Assembly: GCA_965262585.1 (NCBI GenBank)
Contig: OZ253546.1
Location: 2,437,894-2,501,893 of the forward strand
Reading direction: 5' to 3'
Source: Candidatus Poriferihabitaceae bacterium
GTDB lineage: Bacteria > Pseudomonadota > Gammaproteobacteria > Arenicellales > Poriferihabitantaceae
DNA: 64,000 bases
The notes beneath the pieces are model-generated. The model saw only the letters and a list, made by a program, of their open reading frames with translations, had not been told where the DNA came from and made no database searches. The position numbers and the translations under genes were made by a program. Shown in pieces: positions 55,800-64,000 of the stretch. Each line of letters begins with the position of its first letter. Within the stretch, counting starts at the first letter, position 1.

Positions 55800-56264
55800 A
55801 TGGCGGGCGACCCGGCGAAACTGCAGAGTTTACTCGAACCGTCGGTGGATGCGCTGGGCTATGAACTGCTGCACCTTGAGTTTTCGGCCCAGGGCACCAG
55901 CAGCGTTTTGCGGGTTTATATCGATGCCCCCGGCGGCATTCGAGTGGAAGACTGCGAGGCGGTCAGCCGGCAGTTGAGCGCGTTGCTGGATGTGGAAGAC
56001 GCGCTGCCATCGGCTTATGCGTTGGAGGTGTCGTCGCCGGGACTCGACCGCCCGCTGGTGAAGCCGGAGCATTTTCGGCGATTTACCGGAAGCCGGGCGC
56101 AGATTGTGTTGAATGCTCCGCTAGGTGGGCGAGGTGGCCGACGCCGCTTCACCGGCGAGTTGATAGAGGTCGGCGAGGAGTGCGTGGTGATTGAAGTGGA
56201 TGGCGAGCGTTATGAACTTGCCTACAAAGACATGGACACAGCGCGGCTTGCACCGGTGTTTTGA
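55800..56264 (+). CDS. rimP: Ribosome maturation factor RimP
   Basis: 154 aa. LGYELLHLEFSAQGTSSVLRVYID and YALEVSSPGLDRPL are RimP signatures. Confidence 0.9.
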   Translation: MAGDPAKLQSLLEPSVDALGYELLHLEFSAQGTSSVLRVYIDAPGGIRVEDCEAVSRQLSALLDVEDALPSAYALEVSSPGLDRPLVKPEHFRRFTGSRAQIVLNAPLGGRGGRRRFTGELIEVGEECVVIEVDGERYELAYKDMDTARLAPVF

Positions 56265-56299
56265 ATAGGTTCTGAACCGACAATTTTGGCGGCAAAATT

Positions 56300-57781
56300 A
56301 TGGCGATTACCAACAACGAAATCCTGCTGATGGTGGAAGTGGTTTCCCGTGAAAAAGATCTCGAAAAGGGGATCATTTTCAACGCCATCGAAGCAGCCCT
56401 GGCCACCGCCACGCGCAAGTGGCATACCGGCGAGATCGACGCACGGGTAAGCATTCACCAAGACACCGGAGACTACGACAGTTTCCGCGTCTGGGAAGTG
56501 TTGCCCGATGAAGATGAAGTGGAGTTTCCGGATCAGCAAATTCCCCTCGCCGAGGCGCTGAAAACCTATCCCGACATCACCCCCGGAGAGCGGATCGAAA
56601 AGCCCATGGACAAGGTCGAGTTTGGCCGCATCGCCGCGCAGGCGGCCAAGCAGGTGATCATGCAGAAGGTGCGCGAAGCGGTGCGCGAGCAGACCGCCGA
56701 ACGCTATCAGGATAAATTCGGCGAGTTGATTTCCGGCACCGTGAAGCGCATGGAGCGGGGCAACGCCATCATCGACCTCGGCGACAGTGAAGCCATCCTG
56801 CCGAAGACCAACATGATTCCCCGCGAAGGATTGCGGCCCGGGGATCGAATTCGCACGCTGCTGCAGGAAATCGATGTCGAGGCACGCGGGCCGCAGTTGG
56901 TGCTGACCCGCCTGACTCCGGAATTTCTCATCGAGTTATTCAAACTCGAAGTGCCAGAAGCCGGCGAAGGCATCATCGAAATTATCGGCGCCGCCAGAGA
57001 CCCCGGCTCCCGCGCAAAAATCTCAGTACGCACCAACGATTCCAACGTCGATCCGGTGGGTGCTTGCGTCGGCATTCGCGGTTCACGGGTGCAAAGCGTG
57101 TCCAATGAAATCGCCGGTGAGCGCGTTGATATCATCGTGTGGTCCGAGAACATCGCCGAATTTGTCATGCAGGCGCTGGCACCGGCGGAGATCGAATTCA
57201 TTTATGTGGACGAAGAACTGAAAGCCATGGACGTGGTGGTGACCGAGGAAAACCTCTCCCGGGCCATTGGCCGTGGCGGGCAGAATGTGCGTCTGGCTTC
57301 GGAACTGACCGGTTGGGAATTAAACTTAATGACCGATCAGGACGCCGCGGATAAACAGGAAACCGAGCAAAAGGCGTTGGTGGATACCTTCATGACGCAG
57401 TTGGACATCGACGAAAACGTCGCCAGCATCCTCGCCCATGAGGGATTCAATTCCCTCGAAGAAATCGCCTATGTGCCGAGGCAGGAAATTCTCGACATCG
57501 AAGAATTCGACGAAGAACTGGTGGATGAATTGCGCAACCGCGCCCAGGACACTTTGTTGACCAGCGCCATCGCCTCACAGGAAGCGAAAAAGCCCGAAGA
57601 TGATTTGCTGAGCATGGAAGGCATGGACGAGCAGACCGCCCGCGCGCTTGCCGAAGGTGGTGTGCGCACCATGGCCGATCTGGCGGACTGCGCGGTGGAC
57701 GAGGTTCTCGACATCGTTGAAATCGACCGGGAGCGCGCCAGCGAACTGATCATGACTGCCCGGGCGCCGCTGTTTGCCTGA
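56300..57781 (+). CDS. nusA: Transcription termination/antitermination factor NusA
   Basis: 493 aa with S1, KH and C-terminal acidic repeat regions. [16 protein letters not shown] matches the NusA N-terminus. Confidence 0.95.
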   Translation: MAITNNEILLMVEVVSREKDLEKGIIFNAIEAALATATRKWHTGEIDARVSIHQDTGDYDSFRVWEVLPDEDEVEFPDQQIPLAEALKTYPDITPGERIEKPMDKVEFGRIAAQAAKQVIMQKVREAVREQTAERYQDKFGELISGTVKRMERGNAIIDLGDSEAILPKTNMIPREGLRPGDRIRTLLQEIDVEARGPQLVLTRLTPEFLIELFKLEVPEAGEGIIEIIGAARDPGSRAKISVRTNDSNVDPVGACVGIRGSRVQSVSNEIAGERVDIIVWSENIAEFVMQALAPAEIEFIYVDEELKAMDVVVTEENLSRAIGRGGQNVRLASELTGWELNLMTDQDAADKQETEQKALVDTFMTQLDIDENVASILAHEGFNSLEEIAYVPRQEILDIEEFDEELVDELRNRAQDTLLTSAIASQEAKKPEDDLLSMEGMDEQTARALAEGGVRTMADLADCAVDEVLDIVEIDRERASELIMTARAPLFA

Positions 57782-57801
57782 TATTCATCGAGAAATATCC
57801 A

Positions 57802-60333
57802 ATGGCACATATCACCATCAACACCTTCGCCAAACAGATTGGCGTCAGCATCGAGAAGTTGCTGGAGCAGTTGCAAGACGCTGGTATCGAAGGGAAAGCC
57901 AAGAACGACCTGCTGGAGGATGACGAAAAAATAAAACTGTTGCAGTTTCTGCAAGGCAGCGACGCCCGCCGTGAAGCCGGACGCCAACAAATCACCCTCA
58001 AGCGCAAAACCACCAATGAAATCAAACAGACTTCACGAACCGGGGCGGCGCGCACGATTCATGTCGAAGTCAAAAAGCGCCGGACGTTTGTAAAGCGAAG
58101 CGTCATTGAAGCCCAGCACGCCGAAGAAACCGAACAACGCAAGGCTCGAGAGGACGAAGAAAAACGCCACATCGAAGAAGCCAAAGCCAAAGCCGCCGAC
58201 CAAGTTGCTGCAAAAGATGAACCGCAAGTGGTAGAAAAATCTACCCCGGAAAAAACCCAAGCCCCGGAGCAGTCGGCCAAAGAAGAACCACAACAGCCGG
58301 AACCAACCTCGCCACCCACCGAAACGCCACCCACCGAAACACCGCCCACCGAAACGCAACCCACCGAAACACCGCCCGCCGCGAAAACCGCGGATGATGC
58401 GGCACCAAAGAAACCGAAAAAAGGCAAGAAGGGCAAGTCCGCCGGAGATGCCCGGCGCACCGAGTTGCATGTAGCCAAAGGGCGCGGCGGTAAAACCCGG
58501 CGCAAACGGAAATTCAAGGTCGGTAAAATTTCTTCGACCATCTCCGATGCCCACGCTTTCGCCCGTCCCACCGAGCCGGTGGTCCACGAAGTCAGCATTC
58601 CCGAAAGCATCAGCGTCGGCGAACTGGCTCAAGCCATGTCCATCAAGGCCGGCGAAGTCATCAAAGCGATGATGTCCATGGGATCCATGGTGACCATCAA
58701 CCAACTGCTCGACCAAGACACCGCCATTCTGGTGGTGGAAGAAATGGGGCATGTGGCACGGATCATGGCTCAGGAAGACCCCGAAGCCTTGCTGCTTGCC
58801 GGAGACCACGCGGATCGAGAATTGAAACCGCGCCCGCCGGTGGTGACGGTCATGGGCCATGTTGATCACGGCAAAACCACGTTGCTCGATTACCTCCGAA
58901 AAGCCCGTGTCGCCAGTGGCGAAGCCGGCGGCATCACCCAACACATCGGCGCGTATAAAGTAAAAATCGGGCAGAACGAGATCTGCTTCCTCGACACCCC
59001 GGGGCACGAGGCGTTTTCGGCCATGCGCGTGCGCGGCGGTAAAGCCGCCGACTTGGTGATTCTGGTGGTGGCGGCGGATGACGGGGTCAAACCGCAAACC
59101 ATTGAGGCGATCAATCACGCCCGCGCCGCGGAAGTGCCGATTATTGTCGCCATCAACAAAATCGACCGCGAACAGGCCGATGTAAAAAAGATCAAACAAG
59201 AACTCACCGCCCATCAGGTCATCTCCGAAGATCTGGGCGGCGATGTACTGATGAACGAAGTATCGGCACTCACCGGACAGGGGGTGGATGAGTTGCTGGA
59301 ATCGGTATTATTGCAAGCCGAAGTGCTCGACCTCACGGCGCGCGACACCGGGCCTGCCAGCGGCCAAGTGGTGGAAGCCCGCCTTGACCGAGGCCGCGGC
59401 CCGGTGGCAACGGTGCTGGTGCAGCAGGGTACTTTGCGCAAGGGCGATGTAGTGTTGGCGGGGCGCGAAACCGGGCGCGTGCGGGTGCTGACAGACGGGC
59501 AGGGGCAGCAGGTGAACGAAGCCGGACCATCTACTCCAGTAGAAATTCAGGGGCTGGCCGGTGTGCCGGTGGCTGGCGATGATCTTTTCGTGGTCGGCGA
59601 TGAACGCAAAGCCCGGGACATCGCCTTTCAACGCCAGGGCAGGCACAAGGAAAGCAAACTCGCCAAACAGCAGAAGACCAAACTGGAAAGCATGTTCAAC
59701 CGCATGAGCGAGGGGGAGGTCAAATCCCTCAACATTCTCATCAAGGCGGACGTCCGAGGCTCGGTGGAAGCGTTGTCCGATGCCATCGAAAAAATGTCCG
59801 TGGACGACGTTAAGGCCAAGGTGGTGCACGGCATGGTTGGCGGCATCACCGAATCCGACGTCCATCTCGCCGTTACTTCCGGCGCGATCATCATCGGCTT
59901 CAACGTGCGCGCCGACGCCACCGCTCGCAAACTCATTGAAAACGGAGGCGTCCAAGTCCATTACCACAACGTGATTTACGATGTTACCGACCTAGTGAAA
60001 TCGGTGATGTCGGGAATGCTGTCGCCGCTCATTAAAGAACAAGAGGTCGCGCTGGTGGATGTGCGCGATGTATTCAAGGCGCCAAAAATCGGCGCGATTG
60101 CCGGCTGTTATGTACTGGAAGGCACGGTCAAGCGCAGCCTACCGGTGCGTGTGCTGCGGGACAACGTGGTTATTTTTGAGGGTGCCATCGATTCCCTGCG
60201 CCGCTTCAAGGACGATGTCAACGAAGTCCGAAATGGAATGGAATGCGGCATCGGCATCAAAAACTATAACGACATCAAGATCGGAGACCAGATCGAAGTG
60301 TTTGAAATTGTCGAGACCATTCGGCAGTTGTAG
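57802..60333 (+). CDS. infB: Translation initiation factor IF-2
   Basis: 843 aa. The GTPase motifs [19 protein letters not shown] and NKID are present. A low-complexity PTETP-repeat linker lies near codons 170-195. Confidence 0.95.
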   Translation: MAHITINTFAKQIGVSIEKLLEQLQDAGIEGKAKNDLLEDDEKIKLLQFLQGSDARREAGRQQITLKRKTTNEIKQTSRTGAARTIHVEVKKRRTFVKRSVIEAQHAEETEQRKAREDEEKRHIEEAKAKAADQVAAKDEPQVVEKSTPEKTQAPEQSAKEEPQQPEPTSPPTETPPTETPPTETQPTETPPAAKTADDAAPKKPKKGKKGKSAGDARRTELHVAKGRGGKTRRKRKFKVGKISSTISDAHAFARPTEPVVHEVSIPESISVGELAQAMSIKAGEVIKAMMSMGSMVTINQLLDQDTAILVVEEMGHVARIMAQEDPEALLLAGDHADRELKPRPPVVTVMGHVDHGKTTLLDYLRKARVASGEAGGITQHIGAYKVKIGQNEICFLDTPGHEAFSAMRVRGGKAADLVILVVAADDGVKPQTIEAINHARAAEVPIIVAINKIDREQADVKKIKQELTAHQVISEDLGGDVLMNEVSALTGQGVDELLESVLLQAEVLDLTARDTGPASGQVVEARLDRGRGPVATVLVQQGTLRKGDVVLAGRETGRVRVLTDGQGQQVNEAGPSTPVEIQGLAGVPVAGDDLFVVGDERKARDIAFQRQGRHKESKLAKQQKTKLESMFNRMSEGEVKSLNILIKADVRGSVEALSDAIEKMSVDDVKAKVVHGMVGGITESDVHLAVTSGAIIIGFNVRADATARKLIENGGVQVHYHNVIYDVTDLVKSVMSGMLSPLIKEQEVALVDVRDVFKAPKIGAIAGCYVLEGTVKRSLPVRVLRDNVVIFEGAIDSLRRFKDDVNEVRNGMECGIGIKNYNDIKIGDQIEVFEIVETIRQL

Positions 60334-60357
60334 CATTCAAGGCTACGGCCGGGGCAA

Positions 60358-60720
60358 GTGATGCATGAAGTGGACCGAAGTCGGCGGATATCCGAACTCA
60401 TTCGCCGGGAATTATCCACGCTGATTGCCCGAGAGGTCAGCGACCGGCGCGTGAAAATGGTTTCCATCACCGCCGTTACCATCAGCAAAGACATGAAACA
60501 GTCGACCGTCTATGTATCCGGCGTCGATGAGTCGACCTCCCCCGAGGAAATCGAAAAAGCCCTCAACCACGCCGCCAAATACTTGCGCTATCTGCTCGGC
60601 AAGCAGGTCAATCTCAGAACCACCCCGGTATTGCATTTCAAATACGACCACAGCATCCGTCAGGGCATGGAAATGAGCGCGCTTATCGATTCCCTCAACA
60701 AAAATGCCACGCCCGAATGA
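60358..60720 (+). CDS. rbfA: Ribosome-binding factor A
   Basis: 120 aa. R(I/V)SELIRRELSTLI and VTISKDMKQSTVY match the RbfA pattern. Confidence 0.9.
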   Translation: MMHEVDRSRRISELIRRELSTLIAREVSDRRVKMVSITAVTISKDMKQSTVYVSGVDESTSPEEIEKALNHAAKYLRYLLGKQVNLRTTPVLHFKYDHSIRQGMEMSALIDSLNKNATPE

Positions 60721-61622
60721 GTAAGCAACGGGGCCTTCCCGTGAATGGAATGCTGTTGCTGGACAAGCCTCCGGGACTCTCCTCCAACCGCGCATTGCAA
60801 CACGCCAAACGCCTCTTGAATGCCCGCAAAGCCGGACACACCGGCAGCCTCGACCCCATCGCCACCGGCCTGCTGCCGCTATGTTTCGGCGAGACCACAA
60901 AGATTTCCGGGTTGTTTCTCGACGCCGGCAAAAGTTATTGCGTACAAATTCGCCTCGGCGCAGACACCGACACCGGCGACCGGGAAGGCAAGGTTGTGCA
61001 ACAACGCCCGGTTGATTTCAACGAGCAGCAGTTGCACGACGCCCTCGATAAATTCCGTGGCGATTTTGAGCAGATACCGCCGATGTTCTCCGCCTTAAAG
61101 AAAAACGGCCAACCCTTATACAAACTGGCAAGGGCGGGGATTAGCATCGAGCGCGCGCCGCGACCTGTCACGGTCTATGCACTGTCCCTGGAAAAGTGGT
61201 GCGATGATTTACTGGAACTGAACCTCTCCTGCTCGCGCGGATTTTATGTCCGCACGCTCGCCGCCGACCTCGGTGAAGTGCTCGGATGCGGCGGCCATGT
61301 GCTGGAATTGCGGCGAACCGTGGTGGGGCATTTCACAATCCAAAACGCCATCACTCTGGCGCAACTCGAAACGATTGATTCACCGGCGCAACGACAAAAG
61401 TTTCTCCTATCCACAGAGCAGAGTCTGACGCACCTGCCGATAATCAACCTGCCGGACAACATCGCCTTTTACCTATGCCGAGGCCGCTCGGTGCGCGCAC
61501 CAACGACCACGGAAGAAACCCCACAAAGCGGTCTGGTGCGAGTTTATTCAGACAGCACCGGCTTCCTCGGCCTAGCCGAAATCGCCGAAGACCAAAAGGT
61601 TGTGCCAAAGCGCTTGTTTTAG
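60717..61622 (+). CDS. truB: tRNA pseudouridine-55 synthase
   Basis: GMLLLDKPPGLSSN and GHTGSLDPIATGLLPLCFGE (catalytic Asp motif) are present. Confidence 0.9.
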   Translation: MSKQRGLPVNGMLLLDKPPGLSSNRALQHAKRLLNARKAGHTGSLDPIATGLLPLCFGETTKISGLFLDAGKSYCVQIRLGADTDTGDREGKVVQQRPVDFNEQQLHDALDKFRGDFEQIPPMFSALKKNGQPLYKLARAGISIERAPRPVTVYALSLEKWCDDLLELNLSCSRGFYVRTLAADLGEVLGCGGHVLELRRTVVGHFTIQNAITLAQLETIDSPAQRQKFLLSTEQSLTHLPIINLPDNIAFYLCRGRSVRAPTTTEETPQSGLVRVYSDSTGFLGLAEIAEDQKVVPKRLF

Positions 61623-61640
61623 AAGAAACAACCAAAAAAG

Positions 61641-61716
61641 TGGCTCCCCGGGACAGACTCGAACTGCCGACAAGGTGGTTAACAGCCACCCGCTCTACCA
61701 ACTGAGCTACCGGGGA
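61641..61716 (-). tRNA. tRNA-Asn (anticodon GUU)
   Basis: The reverse complement folds as a 76-nt cloverleaf: TCCCCGG/CCGGGGA acceptor, anticodon loop CTGTTAA, T-loop TTCGAGT, CCA encoded. Confidence 0.9.
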
Positions 61717-61728
61717 ACGGAACCGCGA

Positions 61729-61757
61729 ATACTAATCCGCACGGCTGAGTAGGTCAA
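61729..61757 (-). promoter_or_regulatory. Candidate sigma-70 promoter for tRNA-Asn
   Basis: The minus strand reads TTGACC (61757-61752), a 17-bp spacer, then TAGTAT (61734-61729). This is 12 nt upstream of the tRNA 5' end. Confidence 0.4.
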
Positions 61758-61899
61758 GGGGTTGTATGGATTGCGCTAGGGCGGAGGGCAGGGGTTTTGT
61801 GCCGGTCCTTAGTAATGAGCGGCTACGCCGGACATTACTAAGGACGCGCCTAGCGCAACCCGATTCCGAGATGCCGGATAGGCTATACTTAACCCCATT

Positions 61900-61974
61900 G
61901 CGGGTGTCGTATAATGGTTATTACCTGAGCTTCCCATGCTCATGATGACGGTTCGATTCCGTTCACCCGCTCCA
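61900..61974 (+). tRNA. tRNA-Gly (anticodon CCC)
   Basis: 75 nt. GCGGGTG/CACCCGC acceptor, anticodon stem TGAGC/GCTCA with loop TTCCCAT, T-loop TTCGATT, CCA encoded. It resembles E. coli tRNA-Gly(CCC). Confidence 0.85.
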
Positions 61975-62028
61975 CTGGCATATCACCGAACGCATATTTC
62001 CATGCAATTCTCATTTCCGGCCCGCTGA

Positions 62029-62808
62029 ATGGCGTGGTGGGGCAAAGTTATCGGCGGCACCTTCGGCTTCCTATTGGGCGGGCCGCTGGGTGCGTTGTTG
62101 GGGGCTTCCTTCGGCCATCAGTTTGATAGCGGCGTGAGGTCCGGCGGGTTGCGCCGCCACGCCGGGGATCAGGAGCGCGTGCAAGCCGCTTTTTTCACCG
62201 CCACTTTCGCGGTAATGGGGCATATCGCCAAGGCCGATGGCCGCGTGAGCCGCGATGAAATCGCCATGGCCCGGCAGTTGATGGACAACCTGCGGCTGGA
62301 TGAATCGCAAAAGGAACTGGCCGAGTCGCTGTTTAATCAGGGCAAGCAAGCGGAGTTTGATCTGGTGGCGGTGCTGGAGCAGTTTCGGCAGGAATGTCAC
62401 CGCCGTAGCACGCTGGTCAAAATGTTCATGGAGATCCAAATCCAGGTGGCACTGGCGGACGGTCGCATCGCGCCGGAAGAAAGCGAAATTCTCAAACAGG
62501 TTGCGCAAATGCTCGGCATTGCGCACGCCGATCTCGAACAACTAATCAACCTGATTCGCGGCGCTCACGCATCCCACGGCGGCGGCGAAAAAATTGCGCT
62601 GACCGATGCGTACCACATTCTCGGTGTCACCGCCGATGCGCCCCTGCCCGAAATCCGCAAAGCCTACCGCCGCCTGATGAGCCGCCATCATCCCGACAAA
62701 CTGGTTGCCAAGGGCTTGCCGGAAGAAATGATTAAACTCGCCAACCAAAAAACTCACGAAATACGCTCCGCATGGCAGCGGGTTAAAAAAGCGCGATCGG
62801 ATTCCTGA
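62029..62808 (+). CDS. djlA: Co-chaperone DjlA (TerB-like domain plus C-terminal J domain)
   Basis: 259 aa with an N-terminal transmembrane/Gly-rich segment. The J domain is AYHILGVTADAPLPEIRKAYRRLMSRHHPDK. Confidence 0.85.
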   Translation: MAWWGKVIGGTFGFLLGGPLGALLGASFGHQFDSGVRSGGLRRHAGDQERVQAAFFTATFAVMGHIAKADGRVSRDEIAMARQLMDNLRLDESQKELAESLFNQGKQAEFDLVAVLEQFRQECHRRSTLVKMFMEIQIQVALADGRIAPEESEILKQVAQMLGIAHADLEQLINLIRGAHASHGGGEKIALTDAYHILGVTADAPLPEIRKAYRRLMSRHHPDKLVAKGLPEEMIKLANQKTHEIRSAWQRVKKARSDS

Positions 62809-63525
62809 ATGCGCACGGCATCCCGGGACGGGCGTCCGGTGCGCAGTTATGTGTTGCGTAAAGGGCGGTTAACAGACGGGCAGCGGCGGGCCCTGACGCG
62901 GTTGTGGCCAGTTTATGGGCTTGCGCTGCCGAGCGATTGCCAACCGGTAAATTTTCAGCAGATATTCGAACGCACCGCACCCACTCATCTCGAAATTGGC
63001 TTTGGTGACGGCGGCGCGTTGCTGGAGATGGCCGAAAAAAAACCCGAGTGCAACTTCATCGGCGTCGAAGTCCACCGCCCCGGCATTGGCCGATTGTTGT
63101 TGCAACTGGAAGCGCGCCGACTTACCAACGTGCGCGTGTTTTGCGAAGACGGCATTGAAGTGTTGTCGACGGCCATCGCCGAACAGACGCTGGAGGCGGT
63201 GTATCTATATTTCCCCGACCCGTGGCCGAAAAAAAAACACCACAAACGCCGCATCATCCAAAACCCATTCATCGAACTAGTCGCCACCCGACTCGCCGCC
63301 AACGGCCACTTCCATTTTGCGACTGATTGGCAGCCATACGCCGAACAAGCCCTCGAACGACTGGAACAATCCGGCAACCTAAAAAACTGCGCCGCCCCCG
63401 GACACTTTTCCCCCCGCCCCCCCACCCGCCCACTAACCAAATTCGAACGCCGAGGACGAATGCTCGGACATGAAGTTCGGGATGTGGTGATGCGAAAGGT
63501 AGAGGCATGCGCAGATTCGACATAA
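62809..63525 (+). CDS. trmB: tRNA (guanine-N7)-methyltransferase
   Basis: 238 aa. EIGFGDGGALLEMA, YLYFPDPWPKKKHHKRR and TDW are TrmB motifs. Confidence 0.9.
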   Translation: MRTASRDGRPVRSYVLRKGRLTDGQRRALTRLWPVYGLALPSDCQPVNFQQIFERTAPTHLEIGFGDGGALLEMAEKKPECNFIGVEVHRPGIGRLLLQLEARRLTNVRVFCEDGIEVLSTAIAEQTLEAVYLYFPDPWPKKKHHKRRIIQNPFIELVATRLAANGHFHFATDWQPYAEQALERLEQSGNLKNCAAPGHFSPRPPTRPLTKFERRGRMLGHEVRDVVMRKVEACADST

Positions 63526-63640
63526 TTTATCGACACACCTATACTATTAGAACAACCCAATATCTGGAAGCAAAACTAAATCTACGCGGGTACGTCGCTG
63601 GATTAAATTTGACCGCGCACTCACACGGGAAACAAAGTTC

Positions 63641-64000
63641 ATGCCAAAGTGGAAACAAATTGAAGATCAATTGAAGTTTCGGGTGTCTGAATGCCCACCT
63701 ACGCCTTGGGGACGGACGCAAGAGGATAACTGGGACCAACAGACCACCTTTATCTACCGTATCCATGAATGGAAGGAATTGCAGCGGAAAGTGGAAAACA
63801 TGTCACCAGATATGTCGGCGTATGCCATCAATCGTTGGTTTAACTTCTGGTCTGCGCGGGCAGTAGAGGAAATTTTTTGTGCATTGCCTAGAGTTTATCC
63901 CAACCAAAATAAGTATGACAAATTAGTTGATTTCACCTTGCATGGCATTAAATTTGATCTCAAAACTAGCGTCTTCCCTAAAGGCTACCCCCGGAGTATT
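63641..64000 (+). CDS. Hypothetical protein, 5' part only (open to the window end), with a PD-(D/E)XK-like D...DLK motif
   Basis: Hand translation gives MPKWKQIEDQLKFRVSECPPTPWGRTQEDNWDQQTTFIYRIHEWKELQRKVENMSPDMSAYAINRWFNFWSARAVEEIFCALPRVYPNQNKYDKLVDFTLHGIKFDLKTSVFPKGYPRSI. There is no stop in 120 codons. The surrounding DNA is AT-rich. Confidence 0.5.
   Translation, partial: MPKWKQIEDQLKFRVSECPPTPWGRTQEDNWDQQTTFIYRIHEWKELQRKVENMSPDMSAYAINRWFNFWSARAVEEIFCALPRVYPNQNKYDKLVDFTLHGIKFDLKTSVFPKGYPRSI

Noticed and set aside
58310-58380. Tandem 15-bp PTETP-coding repeats in infB
   Set aside because: The IF-2 N-terminal linker is a well-known hypervariable low-complexity region, so this is unlikely to be functionally special.

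Overview
This 64-kb window is a moderately GC-rich proteobacterial chromosome segment. Its synteny looks gammaproteobacterial: petABC-sspAB, hslVU, rpoH, rpoE-rseAB, and metY-rimP-nusA-infB-rbfA-truB. All calls rest on motif reading and hand translation; no database search was possible. (1) At 1-4445, a visibly AT-rich type I R-M operon hsdM-X-hsdS sits on the minus strand. X is one 545-aa gene fusing an ABC-type ATPase to a DUF4435/Toprim-like domain, which is PARIS (AriA/AriB)- or OLD-like. It is translationally coupled to both neighbours, and it is the best candidate for an undescribed defence arrangement. (2) 4538-12923 holds addA/addB, phhB and two oxidoreductases. (3) Arrays of one mosaic palindromic repeat family (ATTCCC-N8-GGGAAT cores, NIME/REP-like) lie at 13.0-14.0 kb and, in inverted orientation, at 40.6-41.9 kb. 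They bracket a 26.5-kb segment. Solo copies occur at 28.3/29.4 kb, where one is split by an IS30-family element, and at 61.8 kb. (4) The bracketed segment carries benE, petABC, sspAB, hslVU, a plsC-like gene, rpoH and a LIV-type ABC transporter. The transporter operon is interrupted by an AT-rich insert with two small overlapping ORFs. Next come the IS30 element and a carnitine/gamma-butyrobetaine/choline (possibly DMSP) catabolic cluster. That cluster includes a frameshifted fused L-carnitine dehydrogenase and a 21-bp tandem motif array upstream. (5) 42-63.5 kb is housekeeping: agcS, pdxJ, hom, recJ, rpoE-rseA-rseB, an ApgM-like/2-phosphoglycerate-kinase-like pair, lpxH, cysS, the tRNA-fMet/nusA-infB operon, tRNA-Asn, tRNA-Gly, djlA and trmB. 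(6) The last 0.5 kb is AT-rich and opens a partial ORF with a PD-(D/E)XK-like motif.
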